A stretch of 64,000 nt of DNA, from assembly GCF_009834535.1 (NCBI RefSeq), contig NC_045696.1:70310001-70374000 (forward strand). Reading direction: 5' to 3'. This document shows positions 13,050 to 24,319 of the stretch, one piece after another. The translations under genes and the position numbers were made by a program. This DNA is from Camelus ferus (taxonomy: Eukaryota). The notes under the pieces were generated by a model, which was not told the DNA's origin, ran no database searches, and worked only from the letters and a program-made list of their open reading frames with translations. The stretch's first letter is position 1. Each line of letters starts with the position of its first letter.

Positions 13050-13651
13050 AAAAATTAGAGCTTGGTCAAGGGTAACACAGCAAAGTGCCAGGTAATTATA
13101 GCTTCTACTCTTTCTGCTTTTCCTTCCTTCTCTACTTTATCCTTGCCAGCTTCTCAGCTCCATCTCTATCCCTCTCTTACCCTGGTTCAAACCCAGCTGA
13201 ATTTCCACTAAGGTATACACGACTAAAGATACAACAACTACTGTATTTGAATTTGACATTCGGAATCAGCTTTCATGTGGATTTCTCAGGTCAGTTCAAT
13301 CAAGTGTTAGGCTTCATTTTGTTTTGTTTGGAAGGGGGTTGATGGGGCCAGGATCCTCCCTCAGTATCCACATTTCTGCCCTCTTACCCGTCAACCTAGT
13401 CCTATTTAGAAGTCAGAACCAGACAGTTGATTTGAATTTTTCTTATGGGCCAAGGTAAGGAAGTGGCAAAGAGAATGGAAAGTAGTCTCTAAGTTAATAT
13501 CTGTAGGGAAAGGGTGGTGGTTGTTTGAGAAATAAAATTGTAGGTCCTCTTCCTAGCCACACTTATCTCAGATTACCTTCTTCCTAGCTCCCCACTCAAC
13601 AGGGAAGAAGTTGCTAATCGGAGTGGTCAGAGCCCAAGATATAGATTGGGC

Positions 13652-14127
13652 TGTGTGGAAGACTGTATTTTCCAAAACTCTCTCATCTCTCATGCTGTTT
13701 TATAAAGTGATGTTAACATGTGTCATCATGAGGTGGGGTCTGTCCTCTCCCTCTGAACCCAGGTGGACCTTTGTAAGTGCCCTAGCTAATTGAATGTAGC
13801 AGAAGTGAGGCTGCATGACCTCTGAGGCTGAGTCATAAAGGTTCATAGGACTTCCACTTGGCTGGCCACATGGAGAGGCCACGTGTGAGTGTTTGGGCTG
13901 ACCACCAGCCACCAGACATGTGATTGAATGCCCCTTCAGACAGATCCAGTCCTCATCCTTTAAGTCTTCTGTGGAGATTCCAGAAATCGTGGAGCAGAGA
14001 GAAGCCATCTGTGCTGTGCCTTGAGTTCTTCCTGACCCAGAGAAACCACAAGGCATAACCAGTGATTCTTGCTGTAAGTCACTGTGTCTCAGAATGATTT
14101 GTTATACAGCACCAGGTGATGAAAACA
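13652..14127 (+). mobile_element. MLT1 (ERVL-MaLR) solo LTR
   Basis: gaatgtagcagaagtgaggctgcatgacctctgaggctgagtcataaa; 3' end gtaagtcactgtg...atttgttatacagca...aaCA. Confidence 0.8.
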
Positions 14128-15424
14128 GGCTACATTCACTAAAGGGTGTGAACCCACGCACTCCTCTTTTCCTGCCTCACTTCTAGATGGATCAGGCCTA
14201 GTCAGTCTCTTCACTCTTCTGCTTTCATCCTAATATGCATCTGGGGGAGCAAATAAGTCAAGGCCTGTTGCACAAACCTGGCCATATAGTTCCCCTCTTT
14301 CTTAGACTGCTTCCTCTTTGCCTATGGTCAGAGGGCAGGGATGTCCCAAGAGGAAGGAGGCCCCACTTTTTCACCAGAGAGCTCTACGTCGGCGTCTGGC
14401 CACCTAGGCCCTCCTAATACTGCGGTCTTTTATTTCATAGTCTATGGTTATTTATTGTGCTTAGCTTCTTTGGAGCCTGGTAGGAAGGGGAAAGGGCAGT
14501 GGCAGGCAGAGCAGGGCTTGGCATTGCTGGGTCCTTGCCTATAAAATTGTGGTATCGGAACATCGCCCTAATAACCAACTGTGGGTAGAGAGTGAAAGGG
14601 AGTAATCAAAATGTAAATTGCATAAAAGCAGAAGCCAATTCCTCTTCACACCTCAATGGTAGAAGAAAGAGCAGCAGTTTGAGAATCGCGATGTATGGTT
14701 TCTATTTCCTTCTCCACGAGGATAGGTTGTGGAATGAGTGGTTTGATGGCCTTGGGCAAGTTACCTCACCACTTTTCCATGATTGCATTTGCCTGAGTAA
14801 TAAAAGACAAGTTTTACTTAGCCAATCCTGACAATCTATGAATCCACAAATCTCTCCTCTGAATCACTTTCGAAGCTATTTACACCTTCAGCTTCCAAAC
14901 AGGAACATGTGCATTTGGATGGGAACCCATGGGTGATGCGAGGACGGTGGAGTCCCCAGCTAGCACTTCCTGGAAATCACAGCAGCTGCCACTGGGGCTT
15001 GGCTCTGTCTCTAGGAAACAGAGGATTGCAGTTCCCTGGGGAAAGCCAGCTGCCAATGAGGAGAAGCAGCCTCGGTCTTACCCTTATTTCAGCCTAGATG
15101 AACTAGCTCTGCTCAGGACTGGAGTAACAGTGGTGCCCCAGATACCACACACGTATACACCCAGGCCAAGTAGCAATGAGTGGTAGAGAAAGCAAGCAAG
15201 CATCATCCTGTCCTCTTGAAGCTGGGGTGGAGAAATGATTCATTTCCTAAGCAGCTATATAAAGAACATAAAGGAAACCACCATAGATATAATGTTTAGA
15301 ACTAACTGCATTGATGATTCTTTGTACTTGATCCATTGGGGATGGAGGGAAAAGAGGAGCTCCTAGAGGAAGATTCCAGTGTTGCAAAGTCACATGTCAT
15401 CTTCCTGCAACTAGTTTCATTCTG

Positions 15425-15945
15425 ACTTTTTTGAGACATAATTGACATGTAAAGTTATGTTAGTTTCACTATACAACATAATGATTTGCTCTACGTACAA
15501 GTCGTGAAATGATCACCACAGTAAGTCTAGTTAACGTCCATGACTAAACATAGTTACATGTTTCTTTCTTCTGATGAGAACTTTTAAGATTCTCTCTCTT
15601 AGCAACTTTCAAATATGCAATTCAGTATTATTAATTATAGTCACTATGCTGAACATGACATCTTATGACTTTTTAATCTTACAACTAAAAGTTCGTATCT
15701 TTTGACTCCCTTTGCCAATTTCTTCTACTCCCCACCCCCGGCCCTTGCCTCTGGCAGTTACCAACCTGTTATACCTATGAGTTGGGGAATGGTGTTTTTG
15801 TTTTAGATTTCAGTATAAGTGAGATCATGAGGTATTTGTCTTTCTCTGTGTGATTTCTTTTACTTAGCATAATGCCCTCAAGTTCCATCCAAGTTGTTGC
15901 AAATGGCAGGATTTCCTTCTTTTTTATGGCTGAATATTATTCTCA
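15425..15945 (-). mobile_element. L1 3' end (same family as 36495-37075)
   Basis: aaatgatcaccacagtaagtctagttaac...gagaacttttaagat...gttgttgcaaatggcaggatttccttct. Confidence 0.85.
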
Positions 15946-16339
15946 TACCGACTTCTGAAATAACAATATCATATTTCTGATCTGTCCTGGCACCCCCAGC
16001 CTCCCAGTGTCTGTGGGACACACACTCACATGTGCACTATACCAGCCACGTCAGTCACGGTGCCTCCACGCCCACAGTTCCTTTTGTGGGAAACTATCCA
16101 CCCACAGTTCCTGCTAAAGGGAGCAGTTTACAAGGCCTTTACATCACAGGACTTCCCTTTCTTTTCCTTCAGCTGCAGATGACTGCTCAGATGGTGGTCT
16201 CCTCTCTCCCTCCTGGGCTGGAAATTGTCTTATCTCTGGTCTTGTCCAGCTCAATTTCTCCTTCTGGGTCATTCCAGAATTAACATTTAAAGTGCACATT
16301 TGATCCTGTCATTCTGGGCTCAGAATTTCTCATTGGCTC

Positions 16340-16862
16340 TTGTATTATCTTCTGCTGCATAACAAATGGCCCCTACAGTTTAGAGGCTTAAAACAACAAA
16401 AATGTATTATCTCACAGTTTCTGTGGGTCAGGAATCTGGGTGCAGCTCAGCTGGCTCAGGGTCTCTCACATCTGCAGTCAAGGTGTTGGCTAGAACTACA
16501 GTTTCATCTCAGGATTCAATTGGGAGAATTTACTTTCAGGCTCACTCATGTGGTAGCTGGAGGCCTCAGGGCTTTACTGGCTGTTGGCCAGAGATGTTAG
16601 TTCCTTCCCATGTGGGCTTTTCCTTAGGGCCTCTCATAACATGGCAGTTGGCTTTCCTCAGAAGGAGATGTCTGACAGAAAGAGAAAGAGAGACATTGTG
16701 ACAACAGAAGCCACAGTCCTTGTAACTCAAAATTGGAAGTGAGTCCATCATTACTTTTGGAGCTGTTAAGTCCAGTCCACACTCAAGGGAGGAAATTAGG
16801 CAGAGTGTGAATACCAGGAGGCGGTGACCATTGGGTGCCACGTCAGAAGTTGCCCCCCACAA
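16340..16862 (-). mobile_element. MLT1 solo LTR
   Basis: TGTATTATC...aaaacaaca...attatctcacagtttctgtgggtcaggaatctggg, the characteristic antisense MLT1 end. Confidence 0.8.
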
Positions 16863-18239
16863 CTTCTCTCCTGAAGCAGTGGTTCCACTCTGCTGTGGCC
16901 GTGGTTGCAAACAAATGAGGCCCCAGCATTCCCCATCAACATGCATCAGCTTCAATGGGAGCGGCTGGATGTAAAAGTGTGTTTCATTTGTGCTTTCTGA
17001 TCAGGATTTCCATTAAACAAAGTGCTTCTAGCTGAAAGGTATTCAAAAACTACTGGTTTGGAGGATTTGACCTAAACTTTACAGGGCTTTTCATGAAACT
17101 TGGCCCCTGCCTACCAGTTCCATCCCTCGTCTGACTGCTGTCAGGCCCATATTACTTTCAAGAGAGACAGACTTACAGAATGATCCTTTGCCTTTCCTGC
17201 CTGCATGTGTGCTGTTTGCTTTCCCATAATACCCCACCTCAGCTTGACTGCATCACCAGCTCATCCTTTCTGTGAAATATTTTTTGATGGTTCCAGGCAG
17301 ATTTATCTGTTTCTCCCTCATTTTTCTATTGTACTTTGTTTAAATTCCTTAATCAAAGCAATTACCTTTTGTACTTTTGTTCTTGGTTTATATCTCCTCT
17401 CTAAATATCTCCAGCATCCAGCCCACAGCCTGGCACACAGAAGACACTCAACAGCTATTTGTGGGGTGGATTAATGAGCCCAGCACTGTCTGCTGGGCAC
17501 TGCCTAAATGCTTGGTGTCCTGGGCGTGGATGGAGAGCTGACCACAGCTCAGCATCTTCATGTGTGGTGTGTGGTACCTTGGCTGCCTCATTTATAATCC
17601 ATGAGTCAGTCATTGTATTCCCGATAGCTCGTCACTGTCATTTTAGCCTTTTGCTGCTTACTGAAATGAGCTAATTAAAGACGAATTATTTTAATTGCCA
17701 ATCATCAATAAAAAGGTTTTTTTTCTTTAAATGGAAATGGCAGAATGTGTGTATTATCCTACCATTAGCAGAAGCCAAAGTGTTATTGTTTCAAAATTAT
17801 GATAGGTCCACTGCTTCCAGAAGTAAGGGTGAACCATCAGAGCATAAAGAAGGGTTGTGTTGTCTGGAGCACAAAATTGACCCAGATCCTACTTCTATTA
17901 GTGTCACATCACATTACTCAGGAAAAGTCCAGTGGTTATTGGGCTCGAACACTGAGGGTGTATCCTGATGCCCCCAGGGGTCAGCACATTCATCACAGGC
18001 CTTTTTGCCCTCCCCTTTCATATTCAAAAGCTACTCTGGAGGTCTATTTGTCCACAAAAATTTTTTCATAGATGAAAATATTTCTCTAGTGGATAAAACA
18101 AATTGGAACAAAACTTGCTGTGTCTCTTCAAACAACAGCTAAGGGATAGAATGAATTTTGAAAATCATATCAAGATGATCCACAAACATCCACTACTTTA
18201 GAAATACTACAGGAAATGCAGTTTTGGACAAGCTTGAGG

Positions 18240-18816
18240 TGTTACCAAAACAAACTCAGCTCAACACACAGCAAAACCAAACTCAGCTCAACACCCAGCA
18301 AAGCCAATCTACTGACACCGGGTTGTGGTAAAGGAAAGCCCAGTGTTTGCTGCAGGGTGCCAAGCAAGGAGAATGGACAGCTAGTGCTCAAGAGACCCGA
18401 ACTCCCAGATGGCTCTTAGGGGAGGGTTTTTAAAGGTAACATGAGAAGTGAGGGTCACAGGGTAGGTGATCAACTGCTGGACATTTTTCTGATCAGTTGG
18501 TGGTGAGGTAGCAGGGTGATGTTTAGGAATCTGAAATCATCAGCCTTCCAACAAGTTCTGGGGTCTACGTGCTTGTGGTCAGCATGTAATCACCATCCTC
18601 CACCTGGTGGGGGTCTTAGTTTCTGCAGAATAAGTAAAAAATATGCATCAGATTGTTATCTTTATCCCTTCAGGAGGAACTAGGTGTCCTGTGACTCTCT
18701 TCTAATCGTTAACTGCTTGAGTCTGCTTTTTGGAACTTGGGGAAGGCCAAACCTGAAGCATGGGACACAGAGGGGCTTGTATGCAGGAAGGCCCCACAGG
18801 GTCCTGCTCGGTTTCA
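18240..18816 (-). mobile_element. ERV1-class solo LTR of a cetartiodactyl family (exact family uncertain)
   Basis: TGTTACC...GGTTTCA termini, 577 bp, with interior aagccaatctactgacaccgggttgtggt and gacccgaactccc typical of artiodactyl ERV1 LTRs. Confidence 0.75.
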
Positions 18817-19159
18817 AGGGCCTGTCTGTTTTCCTGTTTTGCCTTTCATGGTGGTACAGTGGGATATTTTGCAGAAAAGCTGTCCTTCATGGTGCAATAC
18901 CAGGAGGTTAGGGAAGGGCTACGAATATTTCTCTATTCTTACAACATCTAAAATACTTCTTAGAGTCTAGAGTTGTTGCAGCCTGGGTCACTCTCCTATA
19001 GAGGTAAGACATTCGGTAAGATTACAAGCCAGTTTGTTAAGCCAGGCTTCTTTTAATTTCAAAGGCTTCATAGGAATCTGCTAGTTCTGGGGGCTTAGGC
19101 TTTAATAAAACAGATGTTTTGCCTTTCTATACTATTTATGACTTTGGAGTCATAAAGCT

Positions 19160-19910
19160 GTTAATGTGTCCACTCAAAAATATTTGAGTATCTTCTAGTA
19201 CCTACAATGCCAAGCACTGGAAATACACAGTACCTGCCTCGCGATGTGAGATACCAAGTGGGAGGCACAGCACGTCCTTGAGTGTGGAGGAGGGAGTGAA
19301 CTAAGAAAAGGCTTCAAGTAGCATTTGAGCTGGAATGTGAAGGAAAGGTGAAATTCTTCATGTATAAAGGGGGGCAGCAATTCAAGGCAAAAGGAACAGA
19401 ATGGGGGAAGGCACAGACGCAGGCAGGAAGCGTATTACATGTCCAGAAACAAAATGAAAAACCAAGGAAGGTAAAGATTTGGAGGCCTGGGGCAAGGTAG
19501 CTGGAGAAGAGGCGGGGAAGGCTTTGTGTAGCCTACAAAGGTTTGAATTGTTTTCAGTAGGCAGTGAGAAGCAGCAGAGGTTTTTAAGGCCAGGTATGTT
19601 CTGATCAGACTTATGTTTTAGAGACCTCTTCTCAGCATAGTAAAGATTAGAGAGTCTGTAAACGTGGAGGGCATTTGGAGGTTCTGGGAAGAGGAAGACT
19701 TATATTTACTGAGGACCTGCAATGTGCCAGATACAGTGCTAGTCTCTTCACATGTTGTCATATTTAGTGTTTATTGCAGGTATATGAGGTAGAAATTATA
19801 ATTCTCATTTAAGAGACTAGGCTAAATCACTTGTCCAAGATCACTCAGCTAGATAGTAGTGGAGCTGAGCTTTGATTTCATTCTGATTCCAAAGCTGCTA
19901 TTCCTTTTAT
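19160..19910 (-). mobile_element. L2 fragment followed by MIR
   Basis: L2: aaaatatttgagtatct and aggcagtgagaagcagcagaggtttttaagg. MIR: atttactgaggacctgcaatgtgccag and cacttgtccaagatcactcagctag. Confidence 0.65.
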
Positions 19911-20577
19911 ACCAAAAGGGATGATGAGGGTCTGAATCATGACAGTAGCAATGCTAAAGAGGCATCCTCCCTCCGCACAGAAGACTTCTAATTTAGTTGC
20001 ACCTCATTTGGAAGCTTCTCCATCCACTTCATCATTCTAATTGCTTTAATATGACAAATTGACCAATTGCTAGCAGGTTATTTATAACCACAGTGGAATT
20101 AGTTGCTTGGTTCGATCAGGCAACCAAAAAGTAACTGATTTATAATGACTCGATCTATCAAAGTGTTCAGAATAGTTGGTGTGCATAGACAACACTTATA
20201 TTAGTATTAGACAAATATGAGCAATTAAATGGGAAGGGAATAACTGACTCTTCACAAATGACATCTGAACCAAAAGGATTGTAACCCTCGCTCGATCTAA
20301 AACCAAGTGGACAAGTCATACTTTTGAGTGGTAAGAGAGGTTCTGAAAAAACCTTCTTTTTGTTCTACTGATAAAGAAACTGAAGCCCAGGAAGCTTAAG
20401 GGATTTGTGCAGGCCTCCCGCCAGAAAACAGCAGAGTTTAGGCTTGAACCATCTGCAGCGTTCTGACGTCCGGTCCTAGAGAACTTTTCTCAGTGTGCCT
20501 GCTGCACTGTGACACTAAGCGAGTCACTTAGCCTTTTGAATCCTCAATTACTTTGCCTACACCATGAGAGTTGTGGG

Positions 20578-21627
20578 TGTATCAGTTAGTTTTCACTCTA
20601 TAAGAAACTACCCAGAATTTAGCAGCTTAAAACAGCTATTTTATGTAGCTCCTGATTCTGTAGTGTGTCATTGTGGCTGTTCTGGTCAGGACTGGCTCAG
20701 CAGAGCTTGACCAGACTTTCTCATGCTTCTGTGATCAGCTGGTGGCACTAGGATGATCTAGTATAGCCTCACTGATAGTTCTAGTGGTTAGTAGACCATC
20801 GGTGGGGGATTGTCTACTGGGGGCACCTCCATTCTCCCCAACAAGGCATTTCATCCTCTAGCAGGCTTGCTCAGGCTTGTACACTTGTTGGTCTCACAGT
20901 TCCAAGCAGAGAAAGAAAAGGCAAGTCCCAATGAGCATGTTTTTTGGGGAAATCTTTGCTGTGTCGTGTTTGCTATTCTCCTATTGGCTAAAGCAAATCG
21001 CATGACATGCTATGCAGCTTCTGAAGTAGCTCCTAGTGATTCCCGCCTCCTGATATTCATGTCTATGTGTAATCTCCTCCCGTTCTGTGAGGGCTGGACC
21101 TAGTGACTTACTTCTCATGAATAGAATATGGTAAGAATGATGGGCTATCACTTCTGAGATTAGGTTATGAAAGACTTTTTACATGCTTGTTCTGGTGAAG
21201 CAAGCTGCCCTATGGAGAGACCCAGGTGGCAAGGAACTAAGGGTACCCTCCAATGAGCAACCAATGAGGAACTGAGACCCTCAGCCCAACAGTTCTTTAA
21301 GGAAACGAATCCTGCCAACAGTCAGTGAGTAAGCTTGGAAGCAGACCTTTCCTCAGTTGACACTTTAGGTGCAAATGCAGCTCTGGCCCATACCATCATG
21401 GCAGCCGTATGAGACTTTGTAAGGAGGGGACCTGGCTAAGTCATGCCTGGGATCCTGACCCACAGAAACTGCTGTGTTAATTTGGGAGTGATTTGTTATG
21501 TAGCAGTAGATAACTAATACACATAACTAACCTCAGAGTCTGTGTGGAAGGGGAATATTCAGGGGTGTGGTTACAGGAAAAGTAATTATAGGAATTATTC
21601 ACACATATTTATAAACAACTTATCACA
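20578..21627. mobile_element. Antisense MLT1 LTR interrupted by a sense MLT1 LTR (~21008-21521)
   Basis: Outer element starts TGTATCAGTTAG and is split at gctaaagcaaatcg-catgac / cataac-taacctcagag. Inner element ends atttgttatgtagcagtagataactaataCA. Confidence 0.75.
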
Positions 21628-22019
21628 AATGGACTTTTTCCAGCCTTTGGGAGTCTGAGATGGAGTAACTTTCACTACCTCAACAGTGATTTATTCTCTG
21701 TGTTACATGTTGGGAACAATATGGTGAACAAGACAGAGAGAGACCATGTTTCTGCCCTCAAGGAGCCTGCGCTTTGTAGCAGGGGAGGTTGGGGATGAGT
21801 TCAATAATTCCTTCTTTAATTGTTTAAAATTAAGTGATATGAAGGAAGTGTGTATATAACTTAGTTTGGGTTGGTCAGAGAAAACTGGAGAAAATGGCAG
21901 ATAAACCGAAGAGGTAGGCAAAAGAGAAGGAGGTGGGAAAGAGGAAAATTGCAGACACTGGGAACGGCATTCTTAAAGGGGAGCTGGACAGGTGGTCAGC
22001 AGCTATAGAACAAGTTCAT

Positions 22020-22318
22020 ATTTATGGTCATACTGTACCCTGATATGTGATAATAGTATTGTGGATTATGGGTTTTTTTTTAAGTTCATTTAGAGATAGT
22101 TGTTAAAATATTTATGGATGAAATTATATGATGTCTGGGAATCCATTTCAAAATAATCCAGTAGCAGGGTAAGTGTCATGAGTGGGCAGAGCTATGAATG
22201 AAACAAGATTTTTCCAAGTTACTAATTGTTGAAACCAGGTGGTGGATGCATGCGGGTTCATTATACTGGTCTCTCTACTTTTGTATATGTTTCATTTTCC
22301 ATAATAAAACTTTAAAAA
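22020..22318 (+). mobile_element. Ancient L1ME-like 3' end
   Basis: aaatatttatggatgaaattatatgatgtctggga...gggttcattatactggtctctctacttttgtatatgttt...ccataataaaa. Confidence 0.75.
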
Positions 22319-22576
22319 CTTGCATCCCAACAACACATCCTGAAGGCTGTGTGTATATGGTTTGAGAGGTCACAGTACATTTACCTCCTGCTTCCATTAC
22401 AGACAATAGAGGTTAATAACATCTTTAGGGCAAGGGAATGGAATGAGTTTTATGTTATAGAAAATGTAAAGTCTTCTCAGCTTCAAATCATATGGCTAAC
22501 ATAAAGAGGGTATTTGGGTAATTTACCTTTCCTCCTGTATCATGTTATTTCTCGTGCTCATTTTTCACTAGTTAAG

Positions 22577-22646
22577 ATGGCATGGTTTCATATATAGTAG
22601 AATCTTATAACATGACATGGTTTCATATATATTAGAATTTTATAAC
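22577..22646. repeat. 35-bp tandem duplication (2 copies, 3 mismatches)
   Basis: atggcatggtttcatatatagtagaatcttataac / atgacatggtttcatatatattagaattttataac. Confidence 0.9.
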
Positions 22647-23754
22647 CCCTAGAGTAAAAACCAGTGGAAGGATTCTGTTCAAATATCAGTTACTAAAATA
22701 CTGAAAGAATTCTGTGTCAGAAGACCTTATATAACACAGACAGTATTGGAGTGAGTTTATGGGTTGGAGAAGGAGGAAAATAGGGTAGGAGAGATGGGAA
22801 TCCTCTTTTGTTTGAAAAATTCTGGTTTGGCTTGCTACAGCAATAATGGATTATGGATTTCTTTAAGTTTTCTCTTCCTTTTATTCATGTTATTCTGAGG
22901 TGGGTCAGGCTGTGAAATGAACAACAGGGATGGATAAATTTCATGAGCCAGGGATGTACTTCCTTGGGACTTTTTTGAGGGGGGAGCAGTATGCCTGGGC
23001 TGAAGCTGAAGACATGATGCTTCATGTTTTTAACTGTTTCAATGTTAGGTTATGGGAGGGGGACCATATTTTGAGACTTCGATTCAGACCTCTCTTGAAA
23101 ATACCTTTGCCACCAAATTGAGTCTCTTCAAATCCTTATAAATGAAGACTTCACTAGAGTCATATATATGCAAGTTACATTTCCCTTCTTAAGCCAAGTT
23201 TAAATAAAACGGATGATTGCTTATGGTAGCAAGGATTTTCAGAGCTTGGAGATGAATTTGGTTATTTGAAAACCATGATGAGTCTCCTTGTCATTGCAAG
23301 GCAGGAAAGGAATAAAGTAACAGAGAAAGTGGACCAGGGCATAAACATGTTCCCCCACAGCATTTGTGCTGAAAGGCTTTGTTGTTGTTCCCTGAACCTT
23401 GACAATTGCAGGCATTTTCCTCCGCTCTGAAAAACGTTTGGCAAATAGTAAGAGGAGGTCCCCTCCTTTTCTGTGTTCAAGGCTGGGTTCTGGCCTTGTT
23501 GCAGGGAAACACTAATTCCCAGCCATGCTCCCTGGGAACAAATGGTTTGTTTTCTCTTCACTGAACCCTGCCTGCGGTGGGTTCTCAACAGCTGAGCCTG
23601 GCATGGAAAATCTATTTGGAGTAACTTGTCCCCAGGAGGGAAGAAGGCAAGCTGATTGGGTAGGAGAGCTGCAGCCGCCACCAGGGCACACATGTTGGCC
23701 AGGGCAGGCATTAACACACAAAGGCACACAAGGACTCCACGGAAAACAAGAGTC

Positions 23755-24265
23755 CTGTGTGTGTGTCCACACCCACATGTACCACACACACCCAACTCCA
23801 CCCATATACACCATGCACACACTCTCGGCATGCCAGTCACATGTACCACACTGCCACACACATACCACACACATACCACACACACATACACACATGCTAT
23901 ATAACAACCATGCCCACCACACCCTACGTACACGTGGATACACACACAAACTCAGCTACACATACCACACACAGCACATATACCCGACCGCACATAAACA
24001 CACCACTCACTGCACATTGTTCATATGCATCCATACCACATACACGTAAACACACACCTCAGATCACATAGTCCACAAACACATCACACATACCACACAT
24101 GTACCGTGTGCATACTTAACAGTATATTCAACTGTAAACACATACCCACCACACCTACTCCACATAACAAGTATACACACTCACACATCACATACACAGC
24201 AAACTACACACACACACACATTCCACATACCATTCCCCTGCATCACACGAATATTTCACACACAC
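23755..24265. repeat. Degenerate CA/CATA-rich low-complexity tract (~500 bp)
   Basis: Recurrent cacacataccacac / acatacacac units, which produce the His/Thr-rich spurious ORFs. Confidence 0.9.
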
Positions 24266-24319
24266 CTCCCCCACCCCCAGCACCCATCTGGGTTACTTTC
24301 TCCCCTCCTCTACGCCCCC

